Position numbers and translations under genes: made by a program. From Thermodesulfobacteriota bacterium (GTDB taxonomy: Bacteria; Desulfobacterota_D; UBA1144), in contig JAURPH010000007.1 in NCBI GenBank assembly GCA_030835345.1, positions 13,542 to 77,541 on the forward strand: a DNA stretch of 64,000 nucleotides. The letters are read 5' to 3'. Below the pieces are notes generated by a model. The model searched no databases. It saw only the letters and a program-made list of their open reading frames with translations, and was not told the DNA's origin. Below, in pieces: positions 49,674-59,805 of this stretch. Numbering within the stretch: position 1 is the first letter of the stretch; each line of letters opens with the position of its first letter.

Positions 49674-50786
49674 ATGGAATCGGACTCGAGTACCTTTACT
49701 AAACTTTTATTGGGGCCTGGACCAAGTACTGTCCCAGACAGAATTTTAAAAGCAATGGCTAATCAAACCATTAGTCATTTAGATCCAGAGTTCTTCAAAA
49801 TTTTAGATGAGACAAGTGAAAATCTAAGGCTATTGTTTAAAACAAAAAATGAAGCGACATTTGCCGTATCAGGTACGGGAAGTGCAGGAATGGAAACCGT
49901 TTTTGCAAATTTGATAGAAAAAAACGACAAGGTTCTAATCTTTAACAATGGGCTGTTTGGAGACAGAATGGCAGATGTTGCAGCCAGATATGGTGCCAAT
50001 GTTCTTGAATACAAAAAAGACTGGGGGACTTCATTTAAAACAAGCGAAATGATAAATCAAATTGACCAATGTGATAATTTAAAAATTGTTGCTATTGTTC
50101 ATGCCGAAACCTCTACTGGAGTTTTGCAAGATATAAAAAACATAGGTAATCATTTAAAAGAGAAAGAAATCTTGTTTGTTGTTGATGCTGTTACTTCATT
50201 CACTGGAGCTGAATTAAAAATAGATGATTGGGGGATAGATGTTTGTTATTCAGGAACACAAAAATGCTTAAATGTGCCACCCGGCCTTTCTCCAATAACT
50301 TTTAATGATAGATCTTTAGAAAAAATAACTAAAAGAAAATCTAAAGTAGTTTCATGGTATCTAGATATGAATTTACTGCAAGACTATCTAGGTTCTAACA
50401 GGATATATCATCACACTGCTCCCGTTAATATGCTTTTTGCTTTAAATGAGGGATTAAAGATTTGTTTAGAGGAGGGGTTAACTTCGAGAATTACACGTCA
50501 TAACCAAGTTGGAAAATATTTTGATAAAAAATTGGAATCTTCAAATTTTAAACCCTTCGTTAACATTGATGAATCAAAAAGTTTACCAATGTTGAAATCA
50601 TTGATTTTACCAAAAGATTTTGATGATTCGTTAGTAAGGTTAAAAATTTTAAATGAAAGGAAAATTGAAATCGGAGGAGGACTTGGAAGTACAAAAGGAA
50701 AAATTTGGAGAGTGGGACTTATGGGCTGTAATGCTAGAAATGATATCGTAGACTTGTTTTTCGAAACCACAAGAGATTATTTATAA
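49674..50786 (+). CDS. Class V aminotransferase (serine-pyruvate / alanine-glyoxylate aminotransferase type)
   Basis: AGXT/SPT-like. ...VHAETSTGVLQDI... and SGTQKCLNVPPGLSPITFN (PLP-Lys region). Confidence 0.8.
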   Translation: MESDSSTFTKLLLGPGPSTVPDRILKAMANQTISHLDPEFFKILDETSENLRLLFKTKNEATFAVSGTGSAGMETVFANLIEKNDKVLIFNNGLFGDRMADVAARYGANVLEYKKDWGTSFKTSEMINQIDQCDNLKIVAIVHAETSTGVLQDIKNIGNHLKEKEILFVVDAVTSFTGAELKIDDWGIDVCYSGTQKCLNVPPGLSPITFNDRSLEKITKRKSKVVSWYLDMNLLQDYLGSNRIYHHTAPVNMLFALNEGLKICLEEGLTSRITRHNQVGKYFDKKLESSNFKPFVNIDESKSLPMLKSLILPKDFDDSLVRLKILNERKIEIGGGLGSTKGKIWRVGLMGCNARNDIVDLFFETTRDYL

Positions 50787-50805
50787 TAATGGAGATGATT
50801 AAATA

Positions 50806-51771
50806 TTGAGTAATGAGCCATCATTTAACGAAATAGATATTTTAAAATTGTTTAGAAGCAATAAAGCCAATTCAAGTTTTCTTAATGGTATTGGAGACGA
50901 TGCTGCAGTTATAAAAATAAAAAATCAAAAACTTGCCGTTTCATGCGATTCTCAAATTAATAATGTTCATTTTAAACTCGAATTCTCCACCATACGCCAG
51001 ATAGCATTTAGAGCAGTCTCAGTTGCATTAAGTGATTTAGCTGCAATGGGAGCAAACCCACTTTTTTTTACCAATTCCCTTCACATACCCAAAGGTTTCT
51101 CAAAGAAAGAGATTTCTTTGGTCAAGAAAGGTTTTATAAAAGCCGAGGAAGAATTTAATGTTCAATTAATAGGTGGAAATGTTGCTTCTTCTAAAGTTTT
51201 CGCAATAGATGTAACAGTAATTGGTTCTCTAAATAATTATATATCTAGAGGGTCATATAAAGATGAAAAGATTTATGTTAGCGGTAATATAGGTAGTGCA
51301 AATGCAGGTTTAAACCTTCTAAAGATGAAAAAACTGGATAAAGAGTTAGTGCAGAAATACAGGGCTCCAATACCTAGAGTAGAGTTGGCGAAAATATTAT
51401 CTTCTAAAGGATTCTTATCATCAATGATTGATATTACAGATGGTTTAGCAATTGATTTAGAAAGACTTGTAAAGTTTAAAAGAAAATCTTTAGGAGCTCA
51501 GATAATTTGGTCAAGAATACCAAAATCATTAAATCTAGAAAAATATTTTTCAAAAAAGAAAATCTTTGAAATGGTTTTATTTGGAGGAGATGACTATGAA
51601 TTATTATTTACTGTTAAGAAAGATAAGCAGAGATACTTTGAAAATTATGTAAAAAATAATAATTTGAATGTATTTGAGATTGGTACTACTAATGCAACTG
51701 GAGATATATTTATTTATAAAAATGGTAAAAATATAAAAATTAAAAATGGAGGATATGTTCATAAATTCTAA
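50806..51771 (+). CDS. thiL: Thiamine-monophosphate kinase
   Basis: GIGDDAAVIKIKNQKLAVSCD... AIR-synthase-related fold, ThiL-type. Confidence 0.8.
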   Translation: MSNEPSFNEIDILKLFRSNKANSSFLNGIGDDAAVIKIKNQKLAVSCDSQINNVHFKLEFSTIRQIAFRAVSVALSDLAAMGANPLFFTNSLHIPKGFSKKEISLVKKGFIKAEEEFNVQLIGGNVASSKVFAIDVTVIGSLNNYISRGSYKDEKIYVSGNIGSANAGLNLLKMKKLDKELVQKYRAPIPRVELAKILSSKGFLSSMIDITDGLAIDLERLVKFKRKSLGAQIIWSRIPKSLNLEKYFSKKKIFEMVLFGGDDYELLFTVKKDKQRYFENYVKNNNLNVFEIGTTNATGDIFIYKNGKNIKIKNGGYVHKF

Positions 51772-53081
51772 TGACTGAGAATCTATTTTTTTTACTTTTA
51801 ATTTTAGGCTTAATTTTGTTATCAGGTTTTTTTTCAATAACCGAAAGTTCAATATTTTCATTGCAAAGATACCAGGTTGAGCTAATTAAAAAAAGATCAA
51901 AAGTTGGAAAAATATTAGAGTCTTTTATTAAAAAACCAGCTTCCATCATTGCTACAATTTTGTTAGCTGATGAAATTTTGAATGTGACCATAACTAGTTT
52001 AATTTCAACCAAATTAGATGAAGTTTTCACTGGCAGAATCTCTGAGGAATTAATTTCAGTAATCGCAATTTTAGTGACATCAATAATTGTTCTCATTTTT
52101 TGTGAAATTATTCCAAAAACCATAGGTGTTAAATTTTCAAGAACACTTTCCGTTATTGTTGCCAGGCCCGTGGATATTTTGAATAAAATTTTATACCCCT
52201 TAACTTTGTTTTTTGATTATTTATCAAATCAATTAATTAAGATTTTTGGTGTTAAATCTGAAGTGATTATTGCAAGTGAAAATTCAGCACCAATTACTAG
52301 TCTCATCGATATTGGGGAGGATTCTGGTTCTGTTAAACGAAGCGAAAGTCAATTGATAGATAATTTTTTAAAACTAGAAGAAATCCCATTGTCTAAGATT
52401 TTAACTCCTGAACCAGATTTACTTATTCTTAACTCTAGTGCAAGCTCTGATGAAGCCCTAAGACTTATTAAAAACAAAGGCTTCTCAAGAGTCCCTGTTT
52501 ACCAGGGAGATTCCGATAATATTATCGGCGTTTTATATTCTAAAGACTTGCTTAATAGCCCATCTTCAGATTTTTATCCTCTTCTTAGAGAGCCTTTTTT
52601 TGTTCCAATTCAAAAAAATGCTTTCTCTCTTTTAAGAGAAATGCAGCTGATGAGGTTGCATATGGCAATAGTGATAGATGAATATGGAAGATTAGAGGGA
52701 ATAGTTACATTAGATGACATATTGGAAGAAATATTTGGTGAGATAGAGGATGAAACTGATAGAGAAAATCAGAATATTTTTATAGTTGACCAAGAAGTTT
52801 ATATTTTAGGGAAAACAAAAATAAAAGAATTTAATGAAACGAGTTTGTTTGTTGCTCTTCGAAAATCAGGCTTGGCAAATATTACTAATGAGATTGAACA
52901 ATCTTACATTGATGAGAACTTAGGGATTGAAACCATTGGAGGATTTATATTTACTTCCTTGGGTAGGTTGCCAAAAGTTGGTGAATCTATAATTAATGGA
53001 AATATACAATTAATAGTTAAGGAAATTGTTGATAATAGAATAACAAAAATTAATGTTAGGAGAATAAATTCTAATGATTAA
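51771..53081 (+). CDS. CNNM/HlyC-CorC family transporter (DUF21 + 2 CBS + CorC_HlyC)
   Basis: N-terminal DUF21 TM domain (LSGFFSITESSIFSL), a CBS pair and a C-terminal transporter-associated domain. Confidence 0.8.
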   Translation: MTENLFFLLLILGLILLSGFFSITESSIFSLQRYQVELIKKRSKVGKILESFIKKPASIIATILLADEILNVTITSLISTKLDEVFTGRISEELISVIAILVTSIIVLIFCEIIPKTIGVKFSRTLSVIVARPVDILNKILYPLTLFFDYLSNQLIKIFGVKSEVIIASENSAPITSLIDIGEDSGSVKRSESQLIDNFLKLEEIPLSKILTPEPDLLILNSSASSDEALRLIKNKGFSRVPVYQGDSDNIIGVLYSKDLLNSPSSDFYPLLREPFFVPIQKNAFSLLREMQLMRLHMAIVIDEYGRLEGIVTLDDILEEIFGEIEDETDRENQNIFIVDQEVYILGKTKIKEFNETSLFVALRKSGLANITNEIEQSYIDENLGIETIGGFIFTSLGRLPKVGESIINGNIQLIVKEIVDNRITKINVRRINSND

Positions 53082-54051
53082 TTTAGTAACATTGCCACTA
53101 ATAACAATATTTCTACTTTCGCTGCAGGCGATTTTTGCTGGGTCAGAGATAGCCCTTCTTTCTTGTGATAAAGCAAGGATTAGAGAAAAAGCTGATTCAG
53201 GTAATTCAGCTGCAAAGTTGGTAGCTCAATCTATAAACAGAATTGAAGAATATGTTTCTACTAGCTTGGTAGGAGAGAATTTGTGCATAGTTATAAATAC
53301 TGCGCTGGTTTCATTATATATTAAAAGGAATTACCCAGAATATGATCCACATCTAATTTCTGTTTTAATCCTTACACCATTAATTGTTATTTTTGGTCAA
53401 GTTGTACCAAAGTCCATTTTTCAGAAACAAAGTACTTATTTCGTTTTGAAAACAATTTATTTTTCAATTTTTTTTAGTATTATATTCAAACCCTTATTAG
53501 CCTTAGTAAAACTTTTAACAGATACAATTGTTAAAGTTCTGGGAACAACTGGTAAATTAATAACTCGAGAAGAACTAATACATGCCATAGAGGTTGAATC
53601 AAATGTTGAAAGCTCTTCACAAGGATTTCGTGACAATATTTTAAATAAAATATTCTCTTTTGATAAAGTTCGAGTGAGGGACATTATGATACCAATATCA
53701 CGAACAGTTTCGCTCCCACTTGAATCTACAGTAGGAGAAGCAAAAAAAATAATCAAAAAGACAGGCTATTCTAGACTCCCTGTTTTTTATAACAAGGAAA
53801 GAAATATTATTGGAGTTATTCACTCATCCTATTTGCTTGGAATCCATGACAGTCAAAAAATAAAGGATTTCGTGGACAAAGGATTGTATACAAGTGAAAA
53901 TACCTTAGCTTCTTCTTTATTGAATGAAATTAGAAAATCAAAATCTACTTTAGTTGTTGTTGGACAGATGTCATCTGCTTCAGGAATTGTAACTTTGGAA
54001 GACATATTGGAAGAAATATTGGGGGAAATTAAAGATGAACACGATAAATAA
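53074..54051 (+). CDS. CNNM-like DUF21 + CBS-pair membrane protein (paralog lacking the C-terminal CorC_HlyC domain)
   Basis: LQAIFAGSEIALLS DUF21 start, with a CBS pair ending IVTLEDILEEILGEIKDEHDK. Confidence 0.7.
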   Translation: MINLVTLPLITIFLLSLQAIFAGSEIALLSCDKARIREKADSGNSAAKLVAQSINRIEEYVSTSLVGENLCIVINTALVSLYIKRNYPEYDPHLISVLILTPLIVIFGQVVPKSIFQKQSTYFVLKTIYFSIFFSIIFKPLLALVKLLTDTIVKVLGTTGKLITREELIHAIEVESNVESSSQGFRDNILNKIFSFDKVRVRDIMIPISRTVSLPLESTVGEAKKIIKKTGYSRLPVFYNKERNIIGVIHSSYLLGIHDSQKIKDFVDKGLYTSENTLASSLLNEIRKSKSTLVVVGQMSSASGIVTLEDILEEILGEIKDEHDK

Positions 54052-54092
54052 GAGAAATTGAAATTTTCGTCTTTTAGGTTTAACATCAGAAT

Positions 54093-54680
54093 ATGATTAG
54101 AGAATCAACAGTAAAAAGAAAAACCAGCGAAGTTGAGGTTTATACAAAAATAAACATTGATGGCGAGGGTAAATATAAAATTGATACTGGCATACCCTTC
54201 TTCAATCACATGCTAGAGCAGCTAGCAAAACATGGACTTTTTGATATTGAAATCAGCGCTAAAGGTGATACTGAGATAGATTTCCATCATACAGTTGAAG
54301 ATGTTGGTATTGCTTTGGGTGAAGCTTTTAGTCAAGCATTAGGTGATAAAAAAGGTATCAAAAGGTATGGCTTTAGTTCGATTCCTTTTGATGAAACATT
54401 ATCAAGTTCATCCTTAGACTTAAGTGGTAGACCTTTTTTTATTTTTAAAGTTGATATGCCCTCAACCAAAGTAGGGGAGTTTGATGTTGAACTTACAAGA
54501 GAGTTTTTCCAATCATTCACAAATAATATAAAAGCAAATATTCACATTGAAACAAAATATGGAACTAATAATCATCATATTATTGAGTCAATTTTTAAAT
54601 CAATTGCTAAATCTTTAGATCTTGCAACCACTTATGACCCAAGATCAAACACGATACCATCAACCAAAGGAAATCTATGA
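54093..54680 (+). CDS. hisB: Imidazoleglycerol-phosphate dehydratase
   Basis: DTGIPFFNHMLEQLAKHGLFDIEISAKGDTEIDFHHTVEDVGIALG are the IGPD signature motifs. Confidence 0.9.
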   Translation: MIRESTVKRKTSEVEVYTKINIDGEGKYKIDTGIPFFNHMLEQLAKHGLFDIEISAKGDTEIDFHHTVEDVGIALGEAFSQALGDKKGIKRYGFSSIPFDETLSSSSLDLSGRPFFIFKVDMPSTKVGEFDVELTREFFQSFTNNIKANIHIETKYGTNNHHIIESIFKSIAKSLDLATTYDPRSNTIPSTKGNL

Positions 54681-55285
54681 TTTCAATAATTGATTATGGA
54701 CTTGGAAATTTAAAATCTGTCCATAAAGCTTTAAATTCCCTGGGGTTCACATCAAAGGTAACAAGTTCAGTAAGAGATATTGATAATTGCAATGGCATTA
54801 TTTTCCCGGGTGTTGGCTCTTTCGGAGATTGTATGAAAGAGCTAGATGAAAGAGGTTTGATTGATTCTTTAAAAAAGTCTATTAATTCTGGAAAGCCATT
54901 CATGGGAATATGTTTAGGTCTTCAAATTTTATTCGAAAAAAGTGAAGAGTCCCCCAATGTCCAAGGCTTATCAATTTTAAAAGGAGAAATATCCAAGATA
55001 AAATTTACCAAGAATTTAAAAGTTCCTCATATGGGATGGAACAAGATTAATAAAACTAAAAATTCTAATATCCTTGAAGGAATAAATTCTGATGCCTGGA
55101 TGTACTTTGTTCACTCTTTTAAATTTGACAATGATCTTAAAATAACCGATTCAATTTCAAGTTATGGTGAAACATTCTCAGCTTCAATCAATAAAGATAA
55201 TGTTTTTGCCACTCAGTTTCATCCTGAAAAGAGCAGTAGTGTTGGACTCAATGTTTTAAAAAATTTTGCTGACCTCTGTATTTAA
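54677..55285 (+). CDS. hisH: Imidazole glycerol phosphate synthase, glutamine amidotransferase subunit
   Basis: MISIIDYGLGNLKSV...GVGSFG...FMGICLGLQ (Cys nucleophile) ...HSF. Confidence 0.9.
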   Translation: MISIIDYGLGNLKSVHKALNSLGFTSKVTSSVRDIDNCNGIIFPGVGSFGDCMKELDERGLIDSLKKSINSGKPFMGICLGLQILFEKSEESPNVQGLSILKGEISKIKFTKNLKVPHMGWNKINKTKNSNILEGINSDAWMYFVHSFKFDNDLKITDSISSYGETFSASINKDNVFATQFHPEKSSSVGLNVLKNFADLCI

Positions 55286-57234
55286 AGGTTTTTATATTTA
55301 GTGATACTTCTCATAACTCTTTTTACATATCCGTGAGTTTCTTTAAATGGAATACTCTCTACAAATTCATCATCATCTAGTCCTTGGAATCTTTTTAACC
55401 ATTTTTCTACATTGTGTGGACCTGCATTATATGCCGATATAGCCAGAAAATAATTTCCATCAAATTTTTTAAGCAATTTTGACAAATAATAAGTCCCAAG
55501 TTCAATATTATTTTCATAATTAAAAGAATTTATATTTGTCGGTTTTCCAATTTCTTTAGCAAGATTAGATTTTGTTTTATCCATTAATTGCATTAAGCCT
55601 TTTGCACCTACAATTGATATTGCATTAACATCAAAGAGACTTTCTTCCCTAGTTAGAGCTAGAATTAAGCTTTCTTCAACATTATAAATCCCAGCATATT
55701 TTTCTACTGTTTCAAGAAATCCGAGGGGATATCGATGATGTTCTTCTGAGCTAACCTTATAACTTAAATTAATTGTCAGATTGAATTCTTTATTAGCAAT
55801 CAAGTTGTTTAATAAAGTGTTTAAATTCTCTTTAGATAATTGATTAAGGAAATATTTTATACTTTTGTTATACAGTGGTTTGTTCTTGTAAATTGTTGAA
55901 ATAAAAGAAGTAGTTTCTGCAAGATTATCATTAAATTTTACAACTTTCCTTTTTGTATTTTTAAAATTTTTATTATCTAAATTTAATTTTTTAGAGGCTA
56001 AATAGCCATAGTATCCATAATTATAATTATTATATAAATTATTGAATATCTTTAAAGATTCCTTTGTCTTACCCATTTTTTCCAAAGATCTAGCCTTCCA
56101 ATACATTCCTTTTGTTTTATAGTATGGCTTTTTAGATTGTTCAAGATATGCAAATATATTTAAGGAATCTTTATAATTACCCATCATATATTTAGACCAC
56201 CCCAATCCCCAATAAGAATCATCAAGATAGCTTTTTGATTTAGTTTTAATTAGCCAATCGTAAACTTTATGTGCATTTTTATATTCTTTATTGAGTATGT
56301 ACAAACGAGCTGCTAAGTAAGCTACTTTTTCATTTTTTGGGAAATTTGGATATTTTTTATATAATTTCGTAAGTTCTTTTGCAGTAGCATTGTTATCATC
56401 ATATTTTTTAAGATTAAATAATATAATTTGAAATTTAGCTTCAGCAGAGATATTTAAATCTTTTAAGCTACTTTCCTTGAGACTCTTTTTTTCTAATTCT
56501 GAAAATATTTTTAATCCTTTTTCATTCTGTCCGGCCTTAATATAGGCTTTTCCAACTAAAAGTTTTATTTCATTACTTTCGTATTTATTACCCTCTTCTA
56601 ATATTTGCTTGTATTTGCCAGAAGATAAGAGTCTTTTGTATCTGGTAGTCCTCTCGGAGGTCTTTATATTGTATTTATTATTTCTGTTAAGTTCTTTTAA
56701 CTTTATTTTTATAAATTCTTCTTTAAAGTTTGGATATTTGGACCAAAGCTTCAAATATTTCAAAAATGCTTTTTTAGTTTTATTATTTTTTTCAAGAACT
56801 TTTGCCTCAAATAATAGTAAGTACTTTTTATTTCTAGAGCTTAATTTATATTTTTTATTGATTAATTTAATTTGATTTTTTAATTCACTTATATTCGAAT
56901 TTCTGTATAAAATATTCGCTAAAAAAAGATCAACATCTTTATTAAATATTGAATCAGGATAAGTTTGTTTAAACTTTTTAATTTTTCTTTTTGATTCTGC
57001 AGTAGCTTTTTTACCTAAATTTCTTAATTTAATTTCATAATAATCATAAAAATCACTAAATTTAGAACTTTTGGATTTAGCCTCTACCAAATGTTCGAGT
57101 GCAAGATTATAATTTTCAGCTTTTTCATAACAAAAGCTCTTTCCTAGATTTCCCTTAATTGAATTACATTGATTAGCATTTGATTCTATAGCTGTTAGGA
57201 TTAAAAATATTAAAATTAAAAATATTTTTTTCAT
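55282..57234 (-). CDS. slt: Soluble lytic murein transglycosylase (Slt70-like: superhelical N-domain + SLT domain). Start is probably MKKIFLIL at 57234, not the track's 57303.
   Basis: Signal peptide MKKIFLILIFLILTAIESNA. C-terminal SLT catalytic motif LTREESLFDVNAISIVGAKGLMQLM...AYNAGP. Confidence 0.85.
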   Translation of the reverse strand: MKKIFLILIFLILTAIESNANQCNSIKGNLGKSFCYEKAENYNLALEHLVEAKSKSSKFSDFYDYYEIKLRNLGKKATAESKRKIKKFKQTYPDSIFNKDVDLFLANILYRNSNISELKNQIKLINKKYKLSSRNKKYLLLFEAKVLEKNNKTKKAFLKYLKLWSKYPNFKEEFIKIKLKELNRNNKYNIKTSERTTRYKRLLSSGKYKQILEEGNKYESNEIKLLVGKAYIKAGQNEKGLKIFSELEKKSLKESSLKDLNISAEAKFQIILFNLKKYDDNNATAKELTKLYKKYPNFPKNEKVAYLAARLYILNKEYKNAHKVYDWLIKTKSKSYLDDSYWGLGWSKYMMGNYKDSLNIFAYLEQSKKPYYKTKGMYWKARSLEKMGKTKESLKIFNNLYNNYNYGYYGYLASKKLNLDNKNFKNTKRKVVKFNDNLAETTSFISTIYKNKPLYNKSIKYFLNQLSKENLNTLLNNLIANKEFNLTINLSYKVSSEEHHRYPLGFLETVEKYAGIYNVEESLILALTREESLFDVNAISIVGAKGLMQLMDKTKSNLAKEIGKPTNINSFNYENNIELGTYYLSKLLKKFDGNYFLAISAYNAGPHNVEKWLKRFQGLDDDEFVESIPFKETHGYVKRVMRSITKYKNL

Positions 57235-58055
57235 ACAAACTTCCTTTTGATAAAATTGCCTATATTTAAAAAGCTCATAGTAGATATAAATATAAAAATA
57301 CATGGAAATATAATTAAATGCGGATAACTCCTAATCCCTTCCCATCCTGTGCTAGCCATTAATCCCCAACTTATCTCTGGCGAAGATATTCCAATTCCTA
57401 AAAAACTTAATGTTGATTCTGCCAATATTGAGCTTGGTATTGTAAATGTAAAGGTTACAACCAATGGAGCTAGTATATTTGGAAGGATTTCTTTAAAAAT
57501 TATATGTGTCTTACCAAAGCCTTTTAATTTAGCCGATATAATGAATGGCAGATTTTTTAATTCTAAAACGCTAGACCTTGAAATCCTAGCAACTCTCATC
57601 CAGCTTAGTAGAGATAAGGCTAGAGTTATTCCCAATAAACCTTTTCCAAATATTAAAATAAATATTGAAATCAATAAGAGATCTGGAATTGAATAAAATA
57701 TATCAACTATTTTCATCATAATTTCATCTACATAAGATCCATATAAACCAGAAATACAGCCATAGATTCCACCAAAAATTAATGAAATGGTCGATGCTGA
57801 AAGTGCAATGAATAAAGAGACTTTGGTTCCATATATCAAACGACTTAATATATCTCTTCCTAATTCATCTGTACCTAAATAGTTCAACCAAGATGGCGTT
57901 GATAATATATTGTTATAATCTGATTTGGAAGCTTTATATGGGGCAAATATTTCAGGAAAAACACTAAAAAGTAGAAGTAAAATGATTATTGAAAGTGAAA
58001 TATAGAATTTATAAGCTTCTTTTCTTCCTAGACTTCTTATGTTCAACTTTAACAA
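57231..58055 (-). CDS. ABC-transporter permease, DppC/OppC-like (BPD_transp_1)
   Basis: C-terminal EILPNILAPLVVTFTFTIPSSILAESTLSFLGIG is the DppC/OppC signature. Its extended N-terminus overlaps the queF 3' end. Confidence 0.75.
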   Translation of the reverse strand: MLKLNIRSLGRKEAYKFYISLSIIILLLLFSVFPEIFAPYKASKSDYNNILSTPSWLNYLGTDELGRDILSRLIYGTKVSLFIALSASTISLIFGGIYGCISGLYGSYVDEIMMKIVDIFYSIPDLLLISIFILIFGKGLLGITLALSLLSWMRVARISRSSVLELKNLPFIISAKLKGFGKTHIIFKEILPNILAPLVVTFTFTIPSSILAESTLSFLGIGISSPEISWGLMASTGWEGIRSYPHLIIFPCIFIFISTMSFLNIGNFIKRKFV

Positions 58056-58368
58056 TAGTTTTAACCCCTCCTCTCACATTAAAGTCTCCAATTATTGATA
58101 CATATTTTGGATTACAGGATTTTACGAAATCATCTAAAATCCTATTGGTCACATTTTCATGGAATTCGCCTACATTTCTATAAGATTGAAAATATAATTT
58201 TAAAGATTTTAGTTCAACACACTTCTTATCTGGAACATATTTTATATATATTGTAGCAAAGTCAGGCTGTCCAGTTTTTGGACAAACAGATGTAAATTCT
58301 GGACAAGAAATTTCTATTTCATAATCTCTTTTTGTATTTTTATTCTGAAAAGTATCAATAAGACTCAT
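58009..58368 (-). CDS. queF: NADPH-dependent 7-cyano-7-deazaguanine reductase QueF (type I, short)
   Basis: EISCPEFTSVCPKTGQPDFATIYIKYVPDKKCVELKSLKLYFQSYRN is almost identical to the B. subtilis QueF core, including the Cys nucleophile and E(S/L)K(S/A)hK motif. Confidence 0.85.
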   Translation of the reverse strand: MSLIDTFQNKNTKRDYEIEISCPEFTSVCPKTGQPDFATIYIKYVPDKKCVELKSLKLYFQSYRNVGEFHENVTNRILDDFVKSCNPKYVSIIGDFNVRGGVKTIVKVEHKKSRKKRSL

Positions 58369-58416
58369 GATGTAATTGTAAACAACATTCTATTAAGCTC
58401 AAGATTTACTGAGTGC

Positions 58417-59805
58417 TTAGTTTCCACTATTTTTTATAATTTTTTTATATAGGACAATCATTTTTTTTATATTCTGAGGTGCTGTGCCCCCGAAGGACTT
58501 CTTTGAGCTCATTGAAGCTTTATTGTCGATTGATTTATAAATATCAGCATCTATTTTATTTGAAAATGATTTGAACTCTTTTAATTCAAGATCAAATAAT
58601 TTGATGTTTTTATTTTCACAGTAAGCTACTATTTGACCAGTTATATGATGAGCATCTCTAAAGGGTACATTTTTTTTCGCTAGATAATCTGCAAGATCTG
58701 TAGCTGTCATAAAGCCGGAATTAATATTCTTATCAATTTCCTTTCTCTTAAATTTTATTGATTTTAATAAATCTATGAATAAGGATGCACAACTAATTGT
58801 TGTTTCAAAAGATGAAAATAATGGATGCTTATCTTCTTGAAGATCTCTGTTATAGCTTGTGGGCAGCCCCTTTAAGTTACCTAGAATATTAATTAAATTT
58901 CCATATAATGAACTAGTTTTCCCTCTTATAAGTTCCAATATGTCTGGATTCTTTTTTTGAGGCATTATGCTTGAACCAGTTGTATAGTCATCTCCAATCT
59001 CAATAAATCCAAATTCATAGGTATTCCATATTATTAAATCTTCAGAAAACCTTGATAAGTGAGTCATAAGCAGAGAGCATGTGTAAATTGAGTCTCCGAT
59101 AAAATCTCTATCACTAACCGAATCAAGACTGTTTCTAGTAATATTTTTAAATCCAAGTTTTTTTGAGGTATAACTTCTGTCTATATCGAATGATGTTCCT
59201 GCTCCTGCACATGAACCTAGTGGGTTTGAGTCAACTAATTTGATAGAATTGTTAATTCTTTCCAAATCTCTTAAAAACATTTCTATGTATGCATTTAAAT
59301 AATGTGAAGCAGAGATTGGTTGTGCCTTCTGAAGGTGTGTATAAAAAGGAATAATAATATCTATATTTTGCTCTGATTTTTTGATTAATCCTTTAATTAA
59401 AGAAATTGTAAGCATCTTAAGTTTAGATAAGGAACTTTTAGTGAAAAGCTTAAGGTCTGTTGCAACTTGATCATTTCTACTTCTGGCTGTATGAACTTTT
59501 TTTCCGATATCTCCAATTTCACTTATCAAAGCACTTTCAATATTCATATGGATATCTTCCAACGAGTCTTTAAAAGTAAATTTATTGTTTTCAATCTTTG
59601 ATTTAATCTTTTTAAGGCCATCAATTATCTTCTTTGATTCAATTTTAGAAATAATTTTTTGTTTCGATAACATTTGCACATGTGCTATGGAGCCATTAAT
59701 ATCATGTTCGTATAGTTTTTTATCTTGATCCACTGAAGAAGTAAAAGATTCAACTTTATTATTAGTAGGTTTTTTAAATCTGCCACCCCACATTTTCTTT
59801 GTCAT
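58417..59805 (-). CDS. argH: Argininosuccinate lyase
   Basis: MWGGRFKKPTN... and fumarate-lyase signature GSSIMPQKKNPD. Confidence 0.9.
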   Translation of the reverse strand: MTKKMWGGRFKKPTNNKVESFTSSVDQDKKLYEHDINGSIAHVQMLSKQKIISKIESKKIIDGLKKIKSKIENNKFTFKDSLEDIHMNIESALISEIGDIGKKVHTARSRNDQVATDLKLFTKSSLSKLKMLTISLIKGLIKKSEQNIDIIIPFYTHLQKAQPISASHYLNAYIEMFLRDLERINNSIKLVDSNPLGSCAGAGTSFDIDRSYTSKKLGFKNITRNSLDSVSDRDFIGDSIYTCSLLMTHLSRFSEDLIIWNTYEFGFIEIGDDYTTGSSIMPQKKNPDILELIRGKTSSLYGNLINILGNLKGLPTSYNRDLQEDKHPLFSSFETTISCASLFIDLLKSIKFKRKEIDKNINSGFMTATDLADYLAKKNVPFRDAHHITGQIVAYCENKNIKLFDLELKEFKSFSNKIDADIYKSIDNKASMSSKKSFGGTAPQNIKKMIVLYKKIIKNSGN

